64,000 nucleotides of DNA, from the NCBI GenBank assembly GCA_044892525.1, contig CM097885.1, positions 31,188,001 to 31,252,000 on the forward strand. The letters are read 5' to 3'. Below, in pieces: positions 54,201 to 64,000 of this stretch. Numbering within the stretch: the stretch's first letter is position 1; each line of letters starts with the position of its first letter. A program made the position numbers and the translations under genes. This DNA comes from Schmidtea polychroa. Lineage: Eukaryota. The notes under the pieces were generated by a model that worked only from the letters and a program-made list of their open reading frames with translations, was not told where the DNA came from and ran no database searches.

Positions 54201-57200
54201 ACTTTAAGAATCTAGTTTCATGTATAGCTTCTAAGTTCTTGTAAATAGAACTTGTCAATCTTCCAGAACATTATATTTCTTTTTAATATTTGTAGCATTG
54301 CACGAAAGATTCATTTATCTCACACAAGTCATTTCAAATTGAGTCTTTATTTTTTGTACTTATTTGTAATTTTCTTTTTTGAGGTTCCATGACTTGGTCG
54401 TATTTGAAACGGCCTTATAGTGTTTAAATATCAGATTTTAAGAACTTTCCAATTTTAATATTTTTACTTTTTTAGGTTATTTTCTTATCTGAAATTAATT
54501 CTTTATTTTAAATAAACGTTAAAAAATCATTAAATTTTCAATCATATTCATTGAGTAATATTGTTTTCATATTTATTTTTTGTTTCACTTTTGATCATTT
54601 TATTAATTCAATAACTTTCATATTAATGTTTGTAAAACAAAACAATATATCGTGTGCCTTATTTATTGATTTGATCAGTTGTCTTACAAACAATAATATG
54701 AAAATTATTTAAAATTTTTATTTTGTGATGTTTACAAAGAGTAAATTAATAAATTATAAAAATTGATAAATTTTTTACAGTATATTTAAATATTACTTTT
54801 TAAAAGCTCTATTCGGTGCCCTAAAATCCTCTTCAAGTTTCCGGGTAACCGGTTTCTAAAAACTGGATATGCAGTCGCCAGAGTCTACTTTTCTTAATTT
54901 TAAATTGATATAATAATCTGTCTTTCTCTTTTTCTTTCTAATTTAATAAACAGTGAGAAAATTAATTCCAATATACACAGCCAGAACCAGTTTTTATGTC
55001 GAAAAACCTAACTTTTAAATAATGAATAAATTTATTCGGATTTTAATGTTGGAAAATAAAATTTTACTTTTAGTTTAATTTTTAAAATTTTTAAAATTTT
55101 TATATTTTTTGAAACATCAAATAAAAAGAAACCTGAAAGAAAGATTGAATTTGGGAGAAAAAGAAAGATTTATTAAATTTTAAATTGGAACATGATATAT
55201 TTTAATGCGAAATATTTCATTAATGAGCATTATCGAATTGGCTAACGTATTTATTCATTTGAATTATATTTTTAAAAATAATTCCGCTGTCGACTAATTA
55301 TATAAAAATCTAGTCTAATTTGAAATTAAATATGATAAATAATTGTTGAGAAAAGAAATGACTTCTAATAATTTCTAAATAGAGGCAAGATGGATAGTCA
55401 ACATTTGATAGAATTAATTAATGAAACTATAAAAATGGGTCATATTCCTTGTATGGTATGTGCGACAGGTGGAACAACAGTTCTTGGAGCTTTTGATCCT
55501 ATTGAAGAAATATCTAAAATTTGTAAATGTTTTGGCATATGGCTTCATGTTGATGTTAGTAATTTTATTATTATATTGAAATTATATTTTTTATCATCTC
55601 AGTGTGCATGGGGCAGTGGAGTCCTTTTGTCAAAGAAACACCGATATCTATTGAATGGAATTGAAAATGCTGATTCTGTAACATGGAACCCTCATAAAGC
55701 TATGGGTGTCACATTGCAGTGCTCAGTAATCTTATTTAAAAATGAAGTAATATAGGATATTTATTATATTTATGTAATTATAACTAACCAAATATTAAAA
55801 TTAAGAATTAACTTCCTCTATGAGAATATCTTTCAAAATAAAAATTCATCTTCATTACTTCTGATCATGGAGTTAAATATAAAACAATACATTGATCTAT
55901 AGTGTAATAAGGTCGCTCACATTCAATTATCACTACATTTAGAACGTTGATAAACATTTGAGAATGTCACTAGTTGTCGCTCGTAAAAAACATGCGGTAG
56001 CTAACTCATATTCAGGTGTAATTGGTTGGGTCGGTAATGTCTTAATTCAAGTTATCAATAATTAAAATATGCAAAAACTAAAAATTATTTTTCAACCTTA
56101 AAAAAATTAATGCATTTTTTCAATATATACATATTTATATGTAGATTATATTTCATTTATTTAAACATGAAACATTGCTATTTGTTGATGTTGCCCAGAT
56201 TAATATTTAAATGCACAAAAATCTGTGTGCAAAATAATAAAAAGTTCAATGTAATAAGATTCAAAATAATATTTGAAGCGTGAAAGTTAATTAAGAAATT
56301 AAACCATTAAAAATAATTATTTTTCGGGAGAAATGGATATCGGCGGATGGAAAATGATGAGAAGAAGAATAAAGCAATATAACATTGATTAAGGGTCGCC
56401 AGACAAAGTTATTAAAGGAATCCAAACTAATTAATTAATTAAGTGCAAAATAATAAATAAATAAATTTAATGGAAATCTCAAACTATGACAGACGACGGA
56501 GTATAAATAATTGCATTATTGAGTATATATGTATAAATCCTTGATGATTTTATCAATAACTGTCTTCCAAAACGGACCCTCGTCCCAGATTATTGGAAAG
56601 ACACTTACGTCGGAAGACAAAGAAGACATCGTTGAAGAAATTCGAGGTTTGCACATGACCTTTGGAATATGCGCTACTGTGTGAACAACAATCTGTTTCG
56701 TACCAATAATTAATTGGAAACTTGGAATCGTACATTTTTGCCGGACGGTCGATTGTCAAGCTGGTTGATTATTTTCGGAAGGAGTAGAATAACGTGGAGT
56801 TGATGATCCAACATTAGCAATCCGATTTCAGAAATCCAGAGGACTCCAAGTCAAAATACAATTAACTTAACTTAGCTTTACTCCAAACTAACAGAGCAGA
56901 ACCGTTAATGGATTATCTACACAGTGTTGTAAATAACGTTTTAAAGTAGATAGACCTTTAAATAATATATAATGATTTTCGTTGACTACCTTTTAATAAA
57001 TTTGAATGAATTAATTTGTTCTTAATAATTTCCTAATTTACGTATATTTTTATCGCTCTTAGTATGAATAAACCGATCGGTCTCCTGACTGACGTATAAA
57101 AAAACAGAAAAGAGTCAAGAGATTGTGATTGTGATTGATTTTAAACCCTAAAGCACTATAGCTCACAAATAAGCTTAATGTTTCCGGAATATTCTATGAG

Positions 57201-58455
57201 CAGTCTCTCATCCTGCCGGGTAGGAGATCCTTGATAAGAACGATTGCTTATATCACAAATTCATTATTTCACAATTGTTTATAAGACAAACAAGTGACGA
57301 GAATTATGGATTTAGACCCTGTTTATTTACTCAACAATATTAATTTAAACAAAAATGATTTATTTATTGCAAAAGTGACCAATGTTTTGGATACAATGCG
57401 CTAATTTTTTCACAGATTTTTTCAGATGTGCCGAACAACTCAATGAGTTTCTTTACTTTTTTACATTCACATTTGGGGTTGTAAAATAGAGATAAGAGTA
57501 GGATCTGCTTCACTTATGGGAGGAAAAGTAATAACTCAATCACGGAATCCAATTAATTAATTCACGTCATTTCAAAAGACACACCTTTTATTAGAGCAGC
57601 AACCGATAATAGTCAGAAATAATCACATGAACGAGAGGGTGATCGCTGTTGTGGACCCAACTGATGCTACAGCTGCCGGAGAGTCTCGTTTGGTGAAGAT
57701 AACTCTAAACTACAGTTTTTGGATGTGGACTGATAAACACAATTAACAGTTTTAAATTATTTAATTATTGTATAAAAACAACATTTATTACAGCACATAA
57801 AAATTTCTTACCTTTATTGAAGCTTTTGAACCTCTTTGGATTTTGCTAGTCTTGTAATGTCTGGTGTCAAATTTAATATTAAAACCAGCAGAGAATTCTT
57901 CAAATTCGAATCAGTTATTTGCGATGGATGAGTATATAGATTTAGTTGTAACGCCTATTTTAAAAGAATAATTTAACGCAAGAATGCGTTGCGCCACTTG
58001 TAATCATCCACGGTTTGACTACCACTGATATATTGTATTTACGAATGCCCTCATTCTGTGGATGACCCAGTGCTAAGAACATTTATTACAATGGATAAGA
58101 GGGCTCTAATCTTTTGTCATAATGAAAATAAATGAAATATCATCTTTTTAGTTTTGCCTTAAAGTTTTAGCTTTCAATAATATTTTTTTAAAAGAGATTA
58201 TTAATTAAAGTCTGTTCTGGAAAATTGCAATGGACTTTGCGCTGATTATTTATTCCAAAAAGATAAACATTATGATACAAGTTATGATACTGGGGATAAA
58301 AGTATTCAATGCGGACGAAGAAATGATGTTTTCAAGTTATGGTTAATGTGGCGGTCAAAAGTAAATATTATTCAAAATATTATATTTTACTTTTTTCGTT
58401 TTTAGGGAGATGAAGGATTCCAAAATCAGATTAACGAACTCTTCTCGCTGAAAGA
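38069..58455 (+). CDS. GAD: Glutamate decarboxylase (PLP-dependent), partial; exons 38069-38299, 38344-38434, 45154-45263, 46899-47014, 47062-47141, 55383-55554, 55603-55746, 58211-58360, 58406-58455
   Basis: GT-AG introns with consistent phases give [11 protein letters not shown]...GHSRYFNQ...[14 protein letters not shown]...[13 protein letters not shown]...TSEQAHYSI...[13 protein letters not shown]...WLHVDCAWG...TWNPHK (PLP Lys)...[33 protein letters not shown]; first exon not identified, last exons probably beyond the window. Confidence 0.95.
38919..39950 (+). mobile_element. LTR-like repeat family A copy in GAD intron (right boundary approximate)
   Basis: Starts tgttgaggatacctaaat; collinear with the 31364 copy. 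Confidence 0.7.
47319..47755 (+). mobile_element. Mariner/Tc1-like remnant
   Basis: ta-cagggtatgcacaataag TIR-like start; [22 protein letters not shown] resembles the mariner HTH PS..T..RWF..FK.GR motif. Confidence 0.5.
48255..51106 (+). mobile_element. Full-length hAT-superfamily (hATm-like) DNA transposon inserted in (TA)n inside a GAD intron
   Basis: TIR TAGGGTGGAGTGAAAA / TTTTCACTCCACCCTA; subterminal inverted blocks (ttgaggttccacaa / ttgtggaacctcaa); flanks ATATATAT on both sides; subfamily name is from recall. Confidence 0.88.
48569..50797 (+). CDS. hAT-like DDE transposase, uninterrupted ORF (likely start MAVTRKK at 48569)
   Basis: [53 protein letters not shown] motifs. Confidence 0.88.
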   Translation: MAVTRKKVSCVIFGGPSEMPDNQLPTYADVMKFYNLTKQRLKCELNNKDPSHCNVAETVSMKVEKIWDKASIPHVSHRRVHEMLNVYHKTFTKLLKPYKSRKDSEPYREKISQFKDESIKLFDICSCKCSCMSQCHCEKSRKIPTIERDFLEDQRGSRCMIIAGVDEFESSILQKRYIRKESTQRQMCTKSAIDDIGDKQSDVCDEISGMEEEMDTGDDDSDDDCISQIKQQRKLNDKQMRVKLPSLALACDRHGVSDRAAAGIASAVLQDVGIIYEHDVSKVIDRSKVRRERCNKRGALCAEVSNTITGLYFDGRKDNTMTQIKECDGKFHRKIITEEHISIIAEPGATYFGHITPTAGSIKVITAELITYLNKRNVDTSGIKAIGCDGTATNTGIRGGIIRLLEVTLHRPLQWFVCQLHANELPLRHLFQYLDGPTNGPKGFSGPIGKSLLNCEKLPIVDYMPINCVLPSSANSDDLSTDQKYLFDLCTAVSVGICPVDHSLRNPGLINHSRWLTTANRILRLYVATRSPSDELKTLATFIVTVYAPAWFEIKNTPSCKDGARHVHSTILKSRYLTDELKKVVDPVIQRNAFFSHPENLLLAMLTDERSDIRELALRRILKSRKQKRTTSVRSFCVPVINFEATSYIDMIDWQKTPITEPPIVVDIDEDTLLTMIREEETPRLDFARYPCHTQAVERHIKLVTEASEMVCGPEKRDGFIRARLESRLKMPKLDTKAQHHL
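51544..52251 (-). CDS. HDHD1/PUDP-like HAD phosphatase nested antisense in a GAD intron (HAD-4)
   Basis: Intronless 235 aa; [30 protein letters not shown]; closest to HAD-3. Confidence 0.92.
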   Translation of the reverse strand: MKIYISHIIFDLDDTLIDSEYLFNLCIDQILDPFNVKYDFEAQQIYMGKSYNDVIQGLISKHNLPITPSDFVNRYNTMKKDVLKNVSLKAGAKNLINYFWENNIPMAIATGSCDDSFEYKTEPHSHLFSKIHHSVRAGSDRAVKKSKPAPDVFLEAAKRFTDNLPISPRNILVFEDAANGIKGALDANMRTVWIPDTRTDTSIFRNHPDVRILKSLEEFSPEYYLMPENKDCYFA

Positions 58456-58572
58456 GTAGAAGTCTTTTAATTTTATTTTTTGATATTTTTATTTTATTCA
58501 CTAACAATATTTAAAAGGGTGATTTTTTAGTTTTTTGCTAAATAAGAATCTGGACAGAGTTCCAATATTATG

Positions 58573-59041
58573 TGTTACAGTGAATTTGTATTACCAGTGA
58601 GAATATATTTTCACTGGTGAAAATATATTTTCACTAAGCCGGTCAGTGAATGTATATCTAACAATGAAGATACAAATTCACTGGTTACATTTAGTGAGTT
58701 TGTATTCATTGACAAGCCGCGTGGAAATATTTGGCCCTAAGTGTCGATGTATCGCCCTACCAACTGTCAATTTTATTCGCTTCGTCGCCTCCTTCGCGCG
58801 GCCAGACTTGAATTCGCTTCTCATCACGACTAAACTTCTCCATCATCGACTCTAACCTCACTATTTTGAATAACAACGACCTTGCTGCTTTATTCCACGG
58901 ATTACCGACGATCTGTCTTCGTCTAATACTATACATTTTTATACTCTCAAGGTTTCCACTGGTGAAAACGTATTCGGATATGAATTCACTGAAATGTTAG
59001 TGAAAATATATTCTCACTGGTAATACAAATTCACTGTAACA
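58573..59041. mobile_element. Ginger-like MITE (469 bp)
   Basis: ~43-bp TIR TGTTACAGTGAATTTGTATTACCAGTGAGAATAT...; 4-bp TSD TATG (58569-58572, 59042-59045); TGT termini with 4-bp TSD fit Ginger. Confidence 0.8.
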
Positions 59042-60752
59042 TATGCATTAAATAACAATTGAAATAAATAATATATAATATTTCGATATTAACCCAAATG
59101 TTGCCACCGTCCTTTTAAAAGAACGCTCCTTATATATTTTTTTATTTTGCATACGCTAGTTATTTAGAGATATCTATAATAAGAATGTGTTTAGCACATC
59201 ACAATTGCAAGTCTTGACCAGTTAACTTCTTTGTTTATTCTTGATTTTGTATAATAACTTTATTTAGCTACTTTAAATAAGATTTTACTAATTTTATGTT
59301 TTTTTTGAATAAAATAGTTTTGGCAACATCTGGGTTAATCATTGAGTCCATAAATTATGGGTTCTTAAACTTTCAAATGAAGAGAAATAAAGAGAGAAAT
59401 AATAGAAAAAGAGATCCTTGTTAAATTTCGAAGTGGAGTGAATAGGACCTATTTTGGGTCAAAATATTTTTATTTAATATATACTGTGGAAATGACTTAT
59501 CTATTTATTTATTTATTTTTTTTTATAAATAATTCCAGTATCAACAAATTATTTTAAAGTTTAAATTGTTTATTGTAAGGTCATTTAGTATTGTTTGAAC
59601 TGCAGCTTTTATTTCGGGAACTTGTTCAATTAATTATTTATACTTACTTAATTTAATTGTTTATTTAACTTAAATAATATTTGTTTTTAATTTTTAAATA
59701 TATTTAATTTCTACTTATATTAAAAGGTTTTATAAAATAATTATAAAAACGTGACCATCAGTCTCAATATATATCTAGGCTATCTTTTTTTAAAAAAATT
59801 CCAACAAAATCGGAACCCTTCTACAACATCCTTTCAACTTTCATCACATCTGCATTTTTAAAATCCCAACTTCAGAAATTCATCATGACAACTTTTGCTG
59901 AGCTTTGATCATGTTCTTTTTAAAAAAAGTAGTTTCTAATCTTACTTGCTTAATATATTTAATACTTGCTTAAGTACAACTTTTCATAAATATTCAAATT
60001 GCAAAAAATCAAAACTTCTTTTGATTTTGCTTTTTTCTCTCAGTCATCATAAAATAAAATTTAAAAATATTCTTTAAAATTTTATTTAAAACCTGGTAAA
60101 TAAAATTGCCAAAAAAGGTTATTACTGAAAAGTAATATTAAAATGAAAACAACAGAATAATATAATAAATAAAGATTAAGAAATTATAATAATAGAAATT
60201 AAATTTACATTCGCTAATTTTATAAAATATTTCAAAATATTTCAGTAAATAATTTTAATTAAATAAAATTTTAAAAAATATTGGTTTCATTAACTATTTA
60301 ATTTGAAACGCAACACTATTTGAAAAATATTTTTATTTCTAAATAAAAATAAAAAATTTTTAAATTAAAATATTATGAAAATTAAAACGTAAAAACTAGG
60401 ATTAAATTTTATGTATTTCAATTATCTGTATCAGTTTTCCGTTAAACCTTAATAAAAATATAAGAAATACATCTGATTTTTGGAATATTAAAAATTGTAT
60501 GAGAAATTTGGAAAATTTTTAGGGAAATTAGTTTGTCATAGTCAGTGATGTAGCGAGGGGGCAAGGGAGTTTATTCTGCCAGAGCACCTCTCGGAGAGAA
60601 GCGCCAATTGGTCCCCAAGACTAAAAAGATTTTCCGGAAAATTTCAATTTTTATTTTGGTTAATTTCTGTGAAATATATTTTAAATTAATAATTATTGTA
60701 TTATAATTAATTATTTCCTTTCTTGATTTGTCTGATAAAATATGTTATAAAT

Positions 60753-61043
60753 CAGGGGTGTCCAACAAGTCGATCGTCGATCTCTCGTAATATCTGGGAA
60801 AAATTCCGTTTACTACCGTGAGAAGCCAGAAAATCTGAAGAAGATTTTTGGAAGTATGTCAGCCGAGAAAAATATCCCAATGTCACCAAATGTAGCGAAT
60901 ATATCTATTCTTGTTTCGGATCTACATATCTTTGCGAATCGTCATTTTCATACTTGAAACTAACGAAGACTAAGCAACGTTCTGTCCTGTCTGATTCCCA
61001 TAAAGAAAACTCATTATTAATATCTTTGTCGGGATATACACCT
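60753..61043 (+). mobile_element. Internally deleted Buster/Charlie-type hAT element, interrupted by the Gypsy LTR
   Basis: TIR CAGGGGTGTCCAAC; LFGSTY-like LCESSFSYLKLTKTKQRSVLSD dimerisation-domain remnant. Confidence 0.75.
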
Positions 61044-61328
61044 TGTAAGGAGTTAGTAAACCCCTATATAAAATTATTATGGTTAAATGATAGAAGTGAT
61101 ATCAGTTAGTAGAAATAATTATCTCTGTTAAATTTTTATATTTAAATTCTATATTAAATTATATCATATTATATTAAATTATATTAAATTAAATCAATTA
61201 AATATAAAAATCATTAATATTAAGAATTATCACGCCTCGGTGTTTAAATACGCTAGAAAAAGACACAATTTGAAGTTGTTATAAAAAATAAATGCTTGAA
61301 GAAGATTTGAATTAAATTGCGTCTAACA
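61044..61328 (+). mobile_element. 5' LTR of Ty3/Gypsy element (TGTAAG...CTAACA, 285 bp)
   Basis: TG...CA ends, immediately followed by PBS TGGCGACCACGA. Confidence 0.85.
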
Positions 61329-64000
61329 TGGCGACCACGACCACGGATTTATTGATAAGCAGACCTGAGAAATTTCACAAAGGCGATGATCTAGAAAATT
61401 TTATCAAGGATTGTCAAAGGTTTTTTGGCGCGACAAAAACAACAATTAGGATCCAAGTATTATTAACTACAACATTACTGGACAGATAGTTAATGGAAGA
61501 TTATGAAGCAGCCGAAGGAAAAACTATGGAAGAGAAACTTCGATGTGCATTTTCGAAACCGACATCATTAATGGATGATCTAAAAGAAGCTTTGAGTTAT
61601 GAACAAGGATCAGATTCAGCCGAAACTTTTATAGAGAAAATTAAAAAGATGACAAAGAAATTAATAGCGCACAAATGGGATGAAGAAGAAATAGAAAAAT
61701 GCCTGCTTACAAACTGTGTAAGAGATCGAGAAGTTAAAAAAGAGATCGAGATGAAAGATTTGAAAACATCAAAAGAAATAAAAGCGACAATAAAGAAATT
61801 AGAAAAGGTAAACAAAATTATGGGCCATAATAATGTTGTGAAGACTTCACCGGTTGTTCAAAACTACAGAAGCTACAGAGATGTTGCTCAAAGAGGAATG
61901 GTAAATGGAAATAATAATTTCAAGCAGCGAAACGTCAGTAACCGACAATTGGAATGCTGAACATGCAAGAAAACTGGTCATATTAGTCGAGAATGACAAA
62001 TGAAAAAGAAAATGACGTGTTTTGCATGCGGAGTTGAAGCCCACGTACGGCGGGAATGTTCAACGATTCAATGCCAGAGATGTCACTTACGTGGACACAA
62101 GGAGATTAACTGCTATACAAATTTGAAAGAAGGAAGTTTCAAACTAATTTAAACATGAGAAACAATAATTATTATGCCCATCGAACCACAAGCTTTAAAC
62201 AACAGATCAACAATCCAGGAAGAACTATTGCAACAATTGAAGCTAATGATGAGACGATGCCACTGGAGTATTCAGATGATGCAGAAGACAAATATGAGGA
62301 TATCCAGCACCCAAAAGTACATGCTTCAACACGGGAGGCAATGATCGGAGCAATATACTAGGTAATTTTGATATTGATGTAAATATTGGTCATAAAAATT
62401 TTGATAATGTAAATAATCTTTATATATATATATATATAATAATGTAGAACCTTCATGTAATAAAATTTGTAATTTTAAAAAGTTTCCTTTAAATAATTTT
62501 AAATGTTATGGTTATTTTAATGCTGATCGATCTTTAATAAATAATAATAATAATCCTAAGAATCAAGAAGAGTATAATGAAATTAAAGAAGCAGAATATA
62601 ATAATAAAATAGTAAATGAAAATGTTTATAAAATTATTAAAAAGGCAAAAGATAAATTAGAGAGAAATGAAATTGGGTGGATTAATGAAATATCAGAGGA
62701 GCAAAATATTTTCACTAAAAATGAATGGAAACGATCGATACTGAGTTATGACAAAATGCAAGGTAGACCGAGTACAACTCTTGAAATTCAGGGCTTTAGA
62801 ATGGAATGCTTACTAGATACAGGAGCAAGAGTAAATGTAATGGCAGAAGCAGTTGTGGACAAATTAGTGAATGTGAAAATCATAAAAACAGATGAGATGT
62901 TAAGATGTGCCAAATAATAGTAAATTAGAGACAATCGGAAAAATACATATTGATGTCAGAATTGGTAATATGGAAAGAAAAATAACATTTATAATAGTTA
63001 AAAATATTGTTCCAGATATAATAGGCAGGGTGGAATTGCAGAAAGAGTTTGGAATTGAATTAAACTACATCAAGCAAAATGAAGAAGGATATAATGAATT
63101 TGTGTGTGAAATAGAAGCTAGATTTGGGGAAAAGATTACAGATAACGAGAGATGTCAAAAAGCAATAGAAATTCTAAGATTAAACAAAAATAAAAGACTG
63201 TTAGAGATTGTTAAAAACAATAAAAGTGTTTTTATGGCTAATAACTTGGATATCGGATGTACTGATTAAATTGCACATAAAATCATCACAAAAGAAGGGC
63301 CAATTATGATAAAACCCTGAAGACAACCCATCAATTTAGAGAAGAAAATAAATGCTGCTATAAAAAATTTAGAAAATAATGATATCATAAGAAAATGTAA
63401 TTCACCTTGGAATACGCCGTTAGTATGCGTGTGGAAAAAAGACAAAAAAGATATCAGACTTTGTTTAGATTTTAGACAGCTTAATAAGATTACTGAAAGA
63501 CAAGCTTTTATAAGTTCTATAGACCTTGGGAACACTTATTATCAGGTGAAATTGGACATATAATCGCAAGAAAAGACAGCATTTTCTACTAAAGAAGGGC
63601 AATTTTGTTTTAATAGAATGCCTTTTGGCATTGCGGTGGCACTGGGTACATTCCAAGAATTAATGACAAAAATATTGAAAGATCTATGGAAAGAAGGAGT
63701 TATGGTGTAATTAGACGATATTTTAATTTTTACAAGAACAATTGAAGAACATTACAATGTGTTTGGAAAAGTTCTAGAGAAAATACGGGAAGCTAAATTG
63801 AGAATCAACCCAGAAAAATGTCAGTTATTAAAGAGCGAAGTAAAGTTTTTAGGGCACATTATTAACAGTGAGGGGATTCGGACCGATCAAAGTAAAATTG
63901 AGGCTATTAAATCATTCCAGAGGCTTAAGTGTATAAAGAATTTGAGAAGTTTTTTAGGTATATATAACTATTATCGGAGATTTATTAAGGAATATGCAAC
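61328..64000 (+). pseudogene. Degenerate Ty3/Gypsy gag-pol (gag with three zinc knuckles, protease, RT), continues beyond the window
   Basis: RPEKFHKGDDLENFI gag start; CCHC knuckles ~61955-62115; LLDTGA protease at ~62810; SPWNTP, RLCLDFRQLN, MPFGI, (Y)LDDI RT motifs with many stops and frameshifts. Confidence 0.93.

Noticed and set aside
57780..58130. Integrase-like remnant (GHPQNEG) on minus strand
   Set aside because: Only one weak motif; heavily degenerate
59776..59830. Possible next GAD exon after ctag
   Set aside because: Phase and translation do not match the expected GAD continuation

Overview
Very AT-rich, repeat-dense eukaryotic (metazoan) DNA with long (AAT)n/(TA)n microsatellites and 44-48 bp mini-introns; a planarian-like flatworm genome is plausible but is inference only. 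Host genes: a multi-exon glutamate decarboxylase (GAD; + strand, 9 exons traced from 38069 to 58455, both ends not found), four intronless HDHD1/pseudouridine-5'-phosphatase-like HAD hydrolases (two with SPKK-repeat N-termini, one nested antisense in a GAD intron), an intronless atypical Ser/Thr kinase with a C-terminal transmembrane tail, two paralogous unannotated microprotein ORFs (78 and 58 aa) and a frameshifted NDUFA7 copy. Mobile DNA: an apparently intact piggyBac, an apparently intact hAT (hATm-like) element, a frameshifted Tigger/pogo element, a Penelope-like remnant, a degenerate Ty3/Gypsy element running off the window, several MITEs and nested LTR-like repeats. Highlights: the Tigger element encloses an open chimeric ORF built from two captured host-gene fragments (ESCRT-II SNF8/Vps22 fused in frame to proteasome alpha-6/PSMA6); SPKK-tailed HAD phosphatases; the microprotein pair with a shared promoter motif; and a ~1.15 kb fold-back palindrome. 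Protein family calls come from motif recognition, not database searches.
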